Assembly: GCF_006345805.1 (NCBI RefSeq) | Contig: NC_043003.1 | Location: forward strand, 48,732,001-48,796,000 | Length of the DNA: 64,000 nt | Origin: Octopus sinensis | Taxonomy: Eukaryota | Reading direction: 5' to 3' | Shown: piece after piece, positions 12,950-24,695 of the stretch | Layout of the letters: each line of letters opens with the position of its first letter | Position numbering within the stretch: the first letter of the stretch is position 1 | Translations under genes and position numbers: made by a program | The notes under the pieces: generated by a model | Databases searched by the model: none | What the model saw: the letters and a program-made list of their open reading frames with translations, nothing else | Told to the model about the DNA's origin: nothing

Positions 12950-13460
12950 AATTTAATTTTGTCACTGATCCAGAAGAAATATAAGCAATCATGATGTAAC
13001 CAAGTTCTAAACACTGAGATATGGATGAACACCTTACAGTGATGTGTGTTAATATCAGGAAACTTCCACGGATTATTACAATAATTACAGAATATTGGAC
13101 AATCCAGTGCATAATTAGGATTAAACATGGGATAACAGTTCACTTCCACTAACTGGTCTTGAATCACTGTACACGGTTCGAGAAAACTGAACGCAAGGAT
13201 GGAGTGTGTTCCTCTGTTACTGAAAATCTCTCGATAGATGAGTTTAGCTGGGCTTATGTACTTATTGAATAAGAAATGGACCTTCATTAGTCCATCGGTC
13301 CATAACGTAGTGTTCTACTCTACAGGCTACAAAGCAGCAAGAATGATTGATAAAACCACAAAATAGAGGGATATGGATAGAATGGGCCAAAGAAGCACAG
13401 GATTGAGATCAAGAGAAGTGGAACAGAGGTAGTCAAATGAGGTAGAAGATACACCAAATG
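12950..13460 (+). mobile_element. Highly decayed piggyBac-like transposase remnant
   Basis: Ordered remnants VTDPEEI*AI, RKLPRI...EYW, ENLSIDE (13222-13242) and STGY in shifting frames. Confidence 0.4.
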
Positions 13461-14937
13461 CATAAGTCACACAGAGTATTACTAACCATCTCTACAAAAA
13501 TGGCGAAAATGAGCAGCAACAAGCAGGCAAATTTTATCTTCCCTGTGGTTTTTGTAAGAGATATGCATGAAAAGTATGGCATGCTCAATTTAACAACTCT
13601 CTCGGGAATTTGTTCAGGTACTCTTCTAAAACTGGCTACAATTTACATAAGTTTGTGTTATGGGTGATATAACATAACCTTGGTCAGGACCTTTCTCGAC
13701 TGTTGTATTTGTTTCTCTCCCGTAGTCCTGATCAGACATACCTTTTATCAAAAATGACATAACAGTGATTATTTCTTTTCGTACTTGCCAACAACAACCT
13801 ATTATACTAAATTGCTACAATAAGACCTTGGGTGAACTGAATTGAAGGACTACTCAATCATAAGTTCCTTGCAAATTATATTCTTCTACAAGTTCAGTCT
13901 CGACATGGACCCGAGCTTAGTCGTCCTCTGTTCTTACTAGGTTCAATCGTCCGTCCATTTCCTGTCACCAACAATACCTATGCAGAGAAACTTTCAAAGT
14001 GAGAACGTCTGAATAAGAGTGTTTCATATGTAAATCACAGAGATCTGTAGTCGAGACGCTATTGTCGGTTACTATTTAAAAAATAATGAACGTTCGATGG
14101 CACAAGAAGCGATGGACAATTGTCTTTCACATATATATTAAATAGTGTTCTTATTGACCTATATAGATAACTGTCTTTCAAATACATATTGGATAGCCTT
14201 GTTATTGATTTGTATGAAAAGAAATACAGAAAAATCACTACAGGAGAGAAACAAATGCAACAACAGTCGAAAATGGGTTGCTGTCAGAAAGGTCCTGACA
14301 AAAGTTATATTATATCACCCACAACACAACTTATGCAAATTGCAATCAGTTTCAGTGATTTTTATAGAGGCTGTTAGCAAATACTAATGTTTCTGCTAGA
14401 TTCATAACGCGATTTGCGTAAGAAAGGAGTATTGTCCACCTTAAGAAAATTATCGTAATATAGTTTTTGTAGTTTTTTATCGACCTCACTATTAACAAAG
14501 AAATGATTTGGGACTTCATTCACAGATTTTATTAAACAAATAAATTTATATTCATCCTGTGTTAGTTTTCTTGAGCACTTCCGTAATACAGAAACGTCCG
14601 TAAAAAACACAGTTAGTACCCAAATATGTTGTCCAACAATTTAGTTTGTCCGGTCATTATTCTGGCCACCTCGCAGTGTATGATCTTTTTCACCCTGTAA
14701 CACTTCAATGAAAGAAAAAAAAACGCTTTATCTTTAACCTGGGAACTTCTACTCCTCATGGCCTAAATATACGCCTCAACTTCCTTTGATTCTGCTTTCC
14801 ATTTTCATCTCCTCCGCTCTAAAGAGAAATGGTTTTGTTGTTGCATCTTGTACATGTATCTCTACGTGTAAATGTTTGAACATGTACTGCATGGTTGTAT
14901 ATATTGAATGTAGTTCTGTATATACTGATACTCTGTC

Positions 14938-15248
14938 GGTTACAACGATGAGGATTCCAGTTGATCCGATCAACGGAACAAGATTGCTCGTGAAATTAAC
15001 GTGCATGTGGCTGAGCACTCCACGGACATGGTGTACCCTTGACGTAGTTCTCAGGGAGATTCAGCGTGACACAGAGTGTGACAAGGCTGGCTTTTTGAAA
15101 TACAGGTACTACTAGTTTTTGGCAACTGAGTGGACTGGAGCAACGTAAAATAGAGTGCCTAGCTCAAAGACACAACGCGTCGCTGCGAATTGAACTCACA
15201 ACCTTGCGATCGTGAGCCGAATGCCTTAACCACTAAGCCACGCGCCTT
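14938..15248 (-). mobile_element. SINE family C
   Basis: Reverse complement of 33915-34240. Confidence 0.85.
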
Positions 15249-15679
15249 TACCAATTATACATATACTGGACATACATATAACTGCATACAATGTGCAGTT
15301 TTACTTATACCTAACATTCGCTCATCTCCCCACTTCCTCTCATTAACTACTCTACATTTCTATCCCGCTGACCTCTGCTCTAAACACCATTCTCGACCAC
15401 ACCTAACTGACACATATTTCTATATATGTGACAGCTTGATGTCGTTTGGTTAAGTCAGCAAATGATACAAAAATGATGTTATGACTGTTTACTTACAGTG
15501 GACAATGTTCCCTTCTTATGAAAACCGCACTGTGAATCTGATAGCAAAACCATACAATTTTTCACTTCTTTTTATCACATATTCTGCACAATTTCTCACA
15601 ATTCCTTCAAGCCATATATCACTATGTAATTTTCCACCTCTCATTAGCGGCTGAAATTCTCTGCAAGCTCTCTCTACGA

Positions 15680-15900
15680 TCCTCCTCCTCCTCCTCCTCC
15701 TCCTCCTCCTCATCATCATCATCATCATCCTTCTTCTCCTCCTCCTCCTCCTCATCATCATCATCATCGTCGTCGTCGTCGTCATATCATCCTCATCCTT
15801 CTCCTCCTCCTCTTCCCCCTCCTCCTCTTTCCCCTCCTCCTCCTCCTCATCATCATCATCCCCATCCTCATCATCATCCTCCTCCTCCTCCTCCTCCTCT
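15680..15900. repeat. Compound trinucleotide repeat (CCT/CAT/CGT)n
   Basis: Directly visible. Confidence 0.97.
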
Positions 15901-16616
15901 CTGCATCCTCTTGTCTGTTCTTTCTTTTGCAATGTGCTTTTAATCCTATCTCCCGCTTCACTTGACTATCCCCATTCCTCTTCTGTTGGACCGCAACCTC
16001 GTATTTCTGTGGCCCATTCTATCCCTATCCTCATGTTACTCCTTGGGTGCTCCCTCGCCGTTCAAACAACTCATACTACAGCTCACTGGCTTTTAACCCG
16101 TTTCTTTTTTGCATTACCCATCACGTCGCTCCTTCACTTTATTCATTCTCCTACGATCTAAACGATAATGCTTCTATATATATTCCCTCTTTTTGATAAA
16201 AGAAAAACGTCTGAAAAGTCAGTATTTCATTCTCACAGCTAATCCTACCACCGATGAATTTATATGAATGGGAACATTCATGTAGATTAATTTTTTGCTG
16301 ACTCAGATCAGATTCTAGTTTTGACCTGACAGTATTTACTTTCGTCATTTTACAATCTGAACTCCAATCCACACAATGATTATCAACAGCGCAGTGAGAT
16401 TGATTAATCGACGGAAACAATTATGAGAAAATTGTGGGGCTTTACGTTGTCGTATGAAATTGCTTCAAATTGAAATTAAGTACAAACACTTGCTCTTCAC
16501 TTGAATGGGTGAAGGGAAATAAAAACAATAGCATTAAATAAATTTTGGTGCTGTATTTGTTTGACAAGTCAAATGGGGATATTACGAGAGTATTGTTCCC
16601 ACTTGTTGGACAAAAC

Positions 16617-16852
16617 CTATTTCTTTACTACCCACAAGGGGCTAAGCACAGAGAGGACAAACAAGGACAGACAAAGGGATTAAGTCGATTATATCGACCC
16701 CAGTGCGTAACTGGTACTTATTTAATCGACCCCGAAAGGATGAAAGGCAAAGTCGACCGCGACGGAATTTGAACTCAGAACGTAGCGGCAGACGAAATGT
16801 TGCTAAACATTTTCGCCCGGCGTGCTAACGTTCCTACCAGCTCGCCGCCTTC
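16617..16852 (-). mobile_element. SINE family A
   Basis: Full-length monomer. Confidence 0.9.
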
Positions 16853-19800
16853 TGTTGGATAGTACCGCTATGCACATAATCATCACAGGTCGCATCCAGA
16901 GAGAGGCCACTCGATTGGCATAAATCACTCACAGGCAAGCTTCAACCCCTGACCCACAGATGTACTATCTCCTCCCAAAGAACTTTCTTGCTATTTTTGT
17001 AATGTCGGCTGTTCCTAGGAATTGGTTGGACTTGTACCTCTCTTCTTACGTATTCCCAACCCACTCGTCTCTCCTCTTTTTGTCACCCCAAACCCTGCAC
17101 TAACTACCATGCCTAGTCGTTCCTTTCCAGAACCCTCGCCCTCTGGAATCGTCCTCCTTGCTCATGACTTTCCTACAAATGTCAGTTTAAACGGAATAAT
17201 AACGAACTCAATCTCACCGGTCTTGAAGATACCTTCAAAAAACAATAGGTATTGCTTCTTTCTCCAAACCCAACTAGCAAAAATGGAAAAAGTGACAAGG
17301 ACCGTGTGCTGAAATTGAGCAAATTACGTTTTGGAAGATATTCCCAGACATTTAAGGCATGCTAAAAAAATATGTCATTTTCCTTCGTTTATTCCTTACT
17401 AATTTATTTCTTATTTCTTATAGGTGTTTCCTAGAAAGTATGAAAAAGTTTTGCTACATTACGACAGAGGAATTATGTCAGCGACTAGGTGTCAGAAGTA
17501 GAACAATGAGATAAACGTAAAGTGAGAGATAAACGAAAAGTGAATCTAACAGTTTTTGTGTGTTCTTAAATGACTAGACTTGATTTCCATTCTTGAAATT
17601 GATTTAATAGATTATACTTCGGTAACTCATAAAAGTTTGTTAATTTTTACATCACAGTTTTTCGACACATTGTATTCATAGTCACCTGTTAAGTGATTGC
17701 AAAATATTAGTTTCAAATTTTGGCACAGAGCCAGCAGTTTTTGAAAGGGGTAGGAAATCGATTAAAATGGACCCCAGTAACTGACTGGTACTTATTTTAT
17801 CGATCTCGAAAGGATGAAAGGCAAAGTCGACTTCAGAACACAAAGACAGACGGAAAATTATTTTTGATTGCAAAATAATAACGTCATCGCATGAAGCTTA
17901 AACAAAAGGCCATAAGTATCGTAGATTGAATATATATCTAGTGCCATATCCATTTGTTTTGAAACACTCATCAAAAATTAGGCCTTACCGTTAGACAGCA
18001 AAGCATTTCAGAAGACTTATTGAGTATCGATCCGACTAGTTTCGTCTTTCTTAAAACTCGTCTGGATTCACTTAACCTCCTATTTCCTAGCAGTAAGGGG
18101 GAAAACTATTTGTTAAGAGGCATACAAGTTTACATCATAAGAATTTGTTTAGAAACTTCGAGAGATATGAATAAAAATCTTTTTTTTTTTTTTGCGGTGG
18201 AACTCAAAGCAGTCAAGGTTATAAATTGCTGGAACAGTTCCAGCAATTTCAGGATTAGATCGACCCCAGTACGCAACTGGTACTTACTTTATTGACCCCG
18301 AAAACTGAAAGACAAAGTCGGCCTCGGTGGAAAACTCAGAACGTAACGAGGACGAAATACTGCTAAGCATTTTGTCCGGTGTGCCACTGATTCTATTAGC
18401 ATGCCGCCTTAGATAAAGTTATAAATAATAGTATGTAGAGGGGGTTAAAAACAAAAACTATGGATTGAAATAAACGAGTAGCCTTTGACTATTTTCTTTC
18501 CAACAGGGTTTTAACCCAATATTCATCAGGTAAATATTAACCCAATATTCAACATGTAAATAATATTTACAGCGTTATCGTTCGAGTTTCAGCAAAAAAA
18601 AAGAAAAAAATGATTTCTAAAACAAAAATTCTTATGATCTAATTATCTTACAATTCTCGCTGGTAAGCACAAAGCTTCGAAAATGGATGCAGAAATCTTG
18701 GAATGCTGCTTAGGTATGATCGTAGCACAGCCGTCATGATCAGCGATGATGCGCGTTCGTCTCCCACGCACAGTTATTAGCATTTTTCTCCTTTCGAGGG
18801 TTTTTTTTTTTTAATCCAATATTCTACATGCTATTTTTACCATAGCTTTCTTTACTTTGCGTTCCAACGATACATATAAGTGTGTTGACAATACATATAA
18901 TAATTGTGTGAAGATGAGCAACAGAGCTTGGGCTATACAATAAGTACCGAACGTAAACGACATGCTGACAAATGAGTCTGTATATGAAATAGCTATCACA
19001 TCTTCAGGTGAGTTTACATTGAAGTGAGTTCGGGTTGTTTTTCGTACTGGCCATAAACAAAAAGAATTGAACTTAATACCATCGATAAACCAAACTAAAA
19101 CTTTCGATAATTATGCAGTGCTCTAACTGCTAACAGGGGAAAGCGGTGGATGGATCCGCAAATGGTATCGATGATGAGCATTCAGTTTGATCAATTGATT
19201 TCCTACTAAATGAGTATATGTACTCAGTGCATGAAGTGCCATTGTTGAGCCCAAGGCCCAATGAAGAGCCCTCTACAGGAGCTAGCTTAAAATATTTCAG
19301 ACCTTGTGCCTATAGTAGAAAGGAATGAAGGCGGCGAACTAACAGAACCGTTAGTATCCTGAACGGCATTTCTACTGTAGGCCATGTGCCCATCATAGAA
19401 AGGATTGTTATAGGCAACGTTATGCAGAACATATTTCTTTATTTAACAGCTTGGCTAATGTATACAGACCCTCGCTAATTAGGCTGATGGAGCAGAATTT
19501 TAATTTGCTTTATATATCTTCCTAATCTACATGCAGGGTTATAGGGCTGCTTTTAAGCTAGTCATGAATAAGATTTTTAAAACATAGATATTTTAAGGCG
19601 TCAATAGTATGATTGAAAGCAAGTTATCTGGGAGTCATAGATAAAGTTCATTGCTTCTCGAATGAATTCAACAGCGTTAATTAGACAAACTCTAAGAATC
19701 AATCACTTGTTGAAAAATTGAAAAGAAAAAATTGCAAACTCAAAAGTAGCGTAGTTAGGGAGCGAAAGGGCGGCCCTTCCCTGACAACGCTTTAATGGAG

Positions 19801-20514
19801 GTAAGTCTTTGTATCTAGTACATAAGCCTCTATGGGATGGGTGGGGGACTAAAGGGCCACCCAAAGCGGCACACACTCTGGCTACACCACTGGATTTCCT
19901 TATTTTATTTTCATAGTGGCTTCAAAGTGTGTAGAACTGAGGTTTCTAAATAAGAGTAGGTTTTTTTTTCGTCATTATTAAATGATAGAGTCCATCGAGG
20001 TCGACTTTGCCTTCCATCCTTTCGGGGTCGGTAAATTAAGTACCAGTTGCGTACTAGGATCGATCTAATTGACTGGCCCCTACCCCCAAAATTTCGGGCC
20101 TTGTGCTTAGAGTAGAAAAGAATTGTTAGCACGCCGGGCAAATGCTTAGCAACACTTCGTCCGTCTTAAGGTTCTGAGTTCAAATTCCGCCGAGTTCTAC
20201 TTTACCTTTCATCCTTTTTCGGGGTCGATAAAATATGTACCAGCTAGATATCGGGGTCAATGTAATCGACTAGCCTCCTCCCCTAAACTTGCTGGCCTTG
20301 GGCCAAAATTAGAAATCCTCATTAAATGATAGAGTGTGACACAATGTGATAATGCAAGACTTTCAAATTACAGGTAAATCCAGAAAGGGAGAAGAATCGA
20401 CTCCAATGCTGATATCCCATTCATCCAATGCTGAAAGGATGAAAGGTAAACTGACTTTAGTGGGATTTGAGCTCAGAACATAGAAGTGGGACGAATACCA
20501 CAATACACTATATT

Positions 20515-20902
20515 CTTTTCTACTCTAGGCACAAAGCCCGAAATTTTTGGGGCGGGGGCCAGTCGATTAGATCGACCCCAGTACGCAACTGGTACTTAAT
20601 TTATAGACCTCAAAAGGAGGAAAGGCAAATTTGAACTCAACTCAGAACATAAAGACAGACGAAATACCTATTTCTTTACTACCCACAAGGGGCTAAACAC
20701 AGAGAGGACAAACAAGGACAGACAAACGGATTAAGTCGATTACATCGACCTCAGTGCGTAACTGGTACTTAATTTATCGACCCCCAAAAGGATGAAAGGC
20801 AAAGTCGACCTCGGCGGAATTTGAACTCAGAACGTAAAGACAGATGAAATACTGCTAAGCATTTCGCCCGGCGTGCTAACGTTTCTGCAGCTCGCCGCCT
20901 TG
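20515..20902 (-). mobile_element. SINE family A, dimeric with two different tails
   Basis: Head + body + tail 1 followed by a headless body + tail 2. Confidence 0.9.
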
Positions 20903-21784
20903 GCAAAACACATTATCGAACGCGCTAAGGATTTGGGCAAATCGCCGTCTTAGTAAGCTATACCTACGCTAAATCAGATTCTTTAGCTAGGGACACTATA
21001 CAATGTCAAGGGCGAAAAGAGAAACCACCATTTCATTTCGTTCGTAACCAGTTCTTCTGTTGAGATGGTCATCTTTCGTATTTTTGCAGGAAGCCAAAAT
21101 ATCTGAAACGCAGAACCGTTACAGAGATACATTGTGCTTAATGTGTGTATAATTGGTATATTCAGCTATTTTTAGAGTAGTGAGATGATATTTGTGAAAA
21201 TTTCGGTTGCTATTTCTTAAAATGCGAAGAGTTGCTAACACCATCGCGTTTGTAGACTTCGAGAATATGTTACAAGGGAGAAAACTCTTCCCAACAAACT
21301 GAAATACGAAAATTTATCTTTTTATCAATGGGAATAGAAAGAAAAATAGAAATTCTTATGTATAAATATAAACAAACATTTGTTTTTGTAAACGCTGAAA
21401 TGTGTATATAGATACAAATAAAATAATTTATTTTCGAACGCAGAGATGCCGTTGGAACAGCAGGAATCTTGGGTAAATTACCCTTACAAAGCTGATGCTT
21501 GACAAATTTTTCTGCTTAGTAAGGGTAGTTTGCCCAAGATTCCTGCTCTTGAAAATAAATTATGAGAAATTCTTATAATTTTCCAAAGTCATGGTTCGAT
21601 GGAAATGTTTTTATAAAAAGACAGCAGAAAATTTTATTCCAGTCTGTAATCATACAATTCTTACAGAGAGAAATATTTTAGGCCTAAATGCACCGCCAAT
21701 GATGATGATAACACAGCTCTTCAAAGATGCAAAAAAAAAAAACAAAAAAAAACTATACTCAATTTTTGTTCATTATTTACATTT

Positions 21785-22290
21785 GATGGATATTTCTCCT
21801 CATCTTGTTTGTTTGTTGTTAATACAACATTTCGGCTGATATACCCTCCAGCCTTCATCAGGTGATTTTGGAAAAAATCGAACTTAAGTTCTCATTCTTA
21901 AGGTATCTTTTGATACTGTTATTTTTCAGATTACTGCCTGGAATCGAACTCGGAATATTGGGGGTAGTAGCTCGCGCTCTTAACCTGTATGTCATATGCC
22001 CGTGGGCATTTATGGAGTGAATTTTTGGGCTTATAAATCTAATATTTTCCTATCCTTCTTTAATACCGGTTCCCATATGCTACTCATATCTCCACTCGGT
22101 CTCCTTTGGAGGTTGTTGTGTCCTAGCGTATGTGCTGCTTCTTTTAGTTTTCGTATTTTCCAGTGGTGTTCTCTGTCTATTATTCTAACTTCATCCCACA
22201 AGCAACAAACAAGATGAAGACAAATATCCGTCAAATGTAAATAATGTAAATAATGTACATAAATACCTCATCTCTTAAATATAGAACTGT
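21785..22290 (-). mobile_element. Penelope-like element 3' fragment with partial terminal repeat
   Basis: WDEVRIIDREHHWKIRKLKEAAH..SSIWEPVL (GIY-YIG C-terminus) at 22031-22200, a CTGATGA..GAAA motif at 21830-21861 on the - strand, and inverted similarity between 21785-21815 and 22200-22235. Confidence 0.7.
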
Positions 22291-22309
22291 CGATTTTTGT
22301 TGGTGTCTT

Positions 22310-22380
22310 CTTCTTTTTCTTCTTCTTCTTCTTCTTCTTCTTCTTCTTCTTCTTCTTCTTCTTCTTCTTCTTCTTCTTCT
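22310..22380. repeat. (TTC)n microsatellite
   Basis: Directly visible. Confidence 0.98.
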
Positions 22381-22654
22381 AATCAGGGCTCACGCCATTA
22401 GCCACTAAGAATAGTCTCTAATTCGAGCCTACTCTAAGCTACTAAGAATGCGTGTGGCAACTTGAATTCCACCCACCACACGCAATAGACTGGCAGTTGG
22501 ACGGGCGCGAAAGCTACGTTGTTATCCTCATTCCGTAAACGGTGGCTTTTAACGGGTGGAGAGCTGAACCATCATGGGGTACAAAGGATTCGCAATCTAG
22601 ACTAGGGTCTGAAAGTTTACCACACCATAGTGGGTTACACCATGGTTCCACTGC

Positions 22655-22856
22655 TTTGTGACAGAAGTAGGAAGAAAGAGTGAGAGAAAATTGTGGTGAA
22701 AGAGTACAGCGGGGTTCATCCCCCGCCCCGCCGGAGCCTCGTGGAGCTTAGGTGGTTTTGTTCAATAAACACTCACAATGCCCGGTCTGGGAATCGAAAC
22801 CGCGTTCTTACGACCGCGAGTCCGCTGCCCTAACCACTGGGCCATTGCGCCTCCAC
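22655..22856 (-). mobile_element. SINE family D (tRNA-like head GGAGGCGCAATGGCCCAGTGGTTAGGG)
   Basis: A and B boxes; second copy at 26615-26735 (-). Confidence 0.75.
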
Positions 22857-23589
22857 TGTTGTTGTTGTTGTTGCTGCTGCTGTTTTGTTTGTTTGATTGT
22901 TTGTTTATTGAGAGAAGCGGTCTTCGTCCCAGAGCTCGCAAGATCGCGGTCTGTAGTGGGAGAAGTCCGAAACGTGGTCCTTTGCTATTCGTAAGACCCG
23001 CAGAAGAGAAGGCAGGTCAACCCCCGACACCGAGAGCATTGACGGATGGATGAATGCGCATCCAGGCTCAGCGGTTGCGTAGGAAGTCGGGGTGCTGATG
23101 CTGCTGGTGCTTAACTTGATTTCAGTTTTGATTGAACACATGACCAAATGCATTCCAAGGCTGACTTGCACCAATTTGTTTTAGAATTGTTTCTTTTTTT
23201 CTTTTCGATTTTTTGTTATTTTTGTTATTTTTGAAGATGACGGAGTAATTAGTTCTAGAAATGTATTGACCAATGTATCCTTTTTGCTGTTGCTGTTGTT
23301 CTTAAAGAAATTCGGATGTCAGTCAAGGGATTTGGCTGCTATTTCTAACGAGTCAAATATTATAAATTTGGTTAACTCTTCATGTAGATTGGGAATATAT
23401 ATATAAAAGAAATTAAAATTCTGCTCCATCAGCCTAATTAGCGAGGGTCTGTATACATTAGCCAAGCTGTTAGATAAAGAAATATGTTCTGCATAACGTT
23501 GTCCATAACAATCCTTTCTATGATGGGTACATGGCCTACAGTAGAAATGCCGTTCAGGATACTAACGGTTCTGTTAGTTCGCCGCCTTC

Positions 23590-23812
23590 ATTCCTTTCTA
23601 CTATAGGCACAAGGTCTGAAATCTTGGGCTAGGAGGACTAGTCAATTACCTCGAGCATAGTACATGACTGGTACTTATTTCATCGACCCCGAAAGGATGA
23701 AAGGCAAAGTCGACCTCTGCGGAATTTGAACTCAGAACGTAAAGTCGGACGAAATGCCGCTAAGCATTTTCTTTTTCTGGTGTGCTAACGATTCTGCCAG
23801 CTCACCGCCTTA
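23590..23812 (-). mobile_element. SINE family A
   Basis: Full-length monomer with tail 2. Confidence 0.9.
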
Positions 23813-24162
23813 ATGTAGTTCATGATGATGATGATGATGATGATAATTGAGAAGACAGTAGAAACACCCTCTGTGTAGACTATGTGGAAACGCATTTGAA
23901 ACAGTCAAAAATGTAGTTACTGCATGTTTAAAACTGGCTGAGAAGTTCAGAAAATACAATGACAGAGTTACACTGTGAGCACACGTAAAATATGAGCGTC
24001 CTTATTTGCTCATGAAGAAATATTGCTTATAAATTCAGCTGCTGCACCATTGAAAATGTCATATAGTACGTTTCCATTCGTTCACGATACAGGAAATCTC
24101 CCAGATACATCAAACATTTATTGAAAATGTGAGTAGGTAAGAGAGAAAAATAGGGAGGAAGA

Positions 24163-24181
24163 GAGAGCGAGCGAGCGAGCG

Positions 24182-24244
<63 letters not shown>
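24163..24244. repeat. (GAGC)n/(GA)n microsatellite
   Basis: Directly visible. Confidence 0.98.
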
Positions 24245-24247
<3 letters not shown>

Positions 24248-24277
24248 GGAGAGGGATAAAGAGAGACAGAGAGATAT

Positions 24278-24695
24278 AAAGGCGGCGAGCTGGCAGAAAG
24301 GTTAGCACACCGGGCGAAATGCTTAGCAGTATTTCGTCTGCCGCTACGTTCTGAGTTCAAATTCCGCCGAGGTCGACTTTGCCTTTCATCCTTTCGGGGT
24401 CGATAAATTAAGTACCAGTTACGCACTGGGGTCGATGTAGTCGACTTAACCCATTTGTCTGTCCTTGTTTGTCTCTTCTGTGTTTAGCCCCTTGTGGGTA
24501 GTAAAAGAAATAGGTATTTCGTCGGCCGTTACGTTCTGAGTTCAAATTCTGCCGAAATCGACTTTGCCTTTCATCCTTTCGGGGTCGATAAATAAAGTAC
24601 CAGTTGCGTACTGGGGTCGATGTAATCGACTTAATCCATTTGTCTGTCCTTGTTTGTCCCCTCTATGTTTAACCCCTTGTGGCAATAAAGAAATA
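24278..24695 (+). mobile_element. SINE family A, dimeric
   Basis: Head plus two bodies, next to (GA)n. Confidence 0.9.

Noticed and set aside
12862-13287. 141-aa - strand ORF as a gene
   Set aside because: No recognisable domain; the opposite strand shows transposase-like remnants.
15516-15932. Acidic poly-E/D/R ORF
   Set aside because: Compound trinucleotide repeat with no recognisable domain or supported splice context.
22780-22856. tRNA genes at SINE heads (also 33915, 62325)
   Set aside because: A and B boxes are present, but there is no proper acceptor stem and each continues into a repeated SINE body.
24118-24426. Recurrent ORF MRNWYLIYRPRKDERQSRPRRNLNS (also 27057, 33375, 36584)
   Set aside because: Antisense translation of SINE family A, not a gene family.
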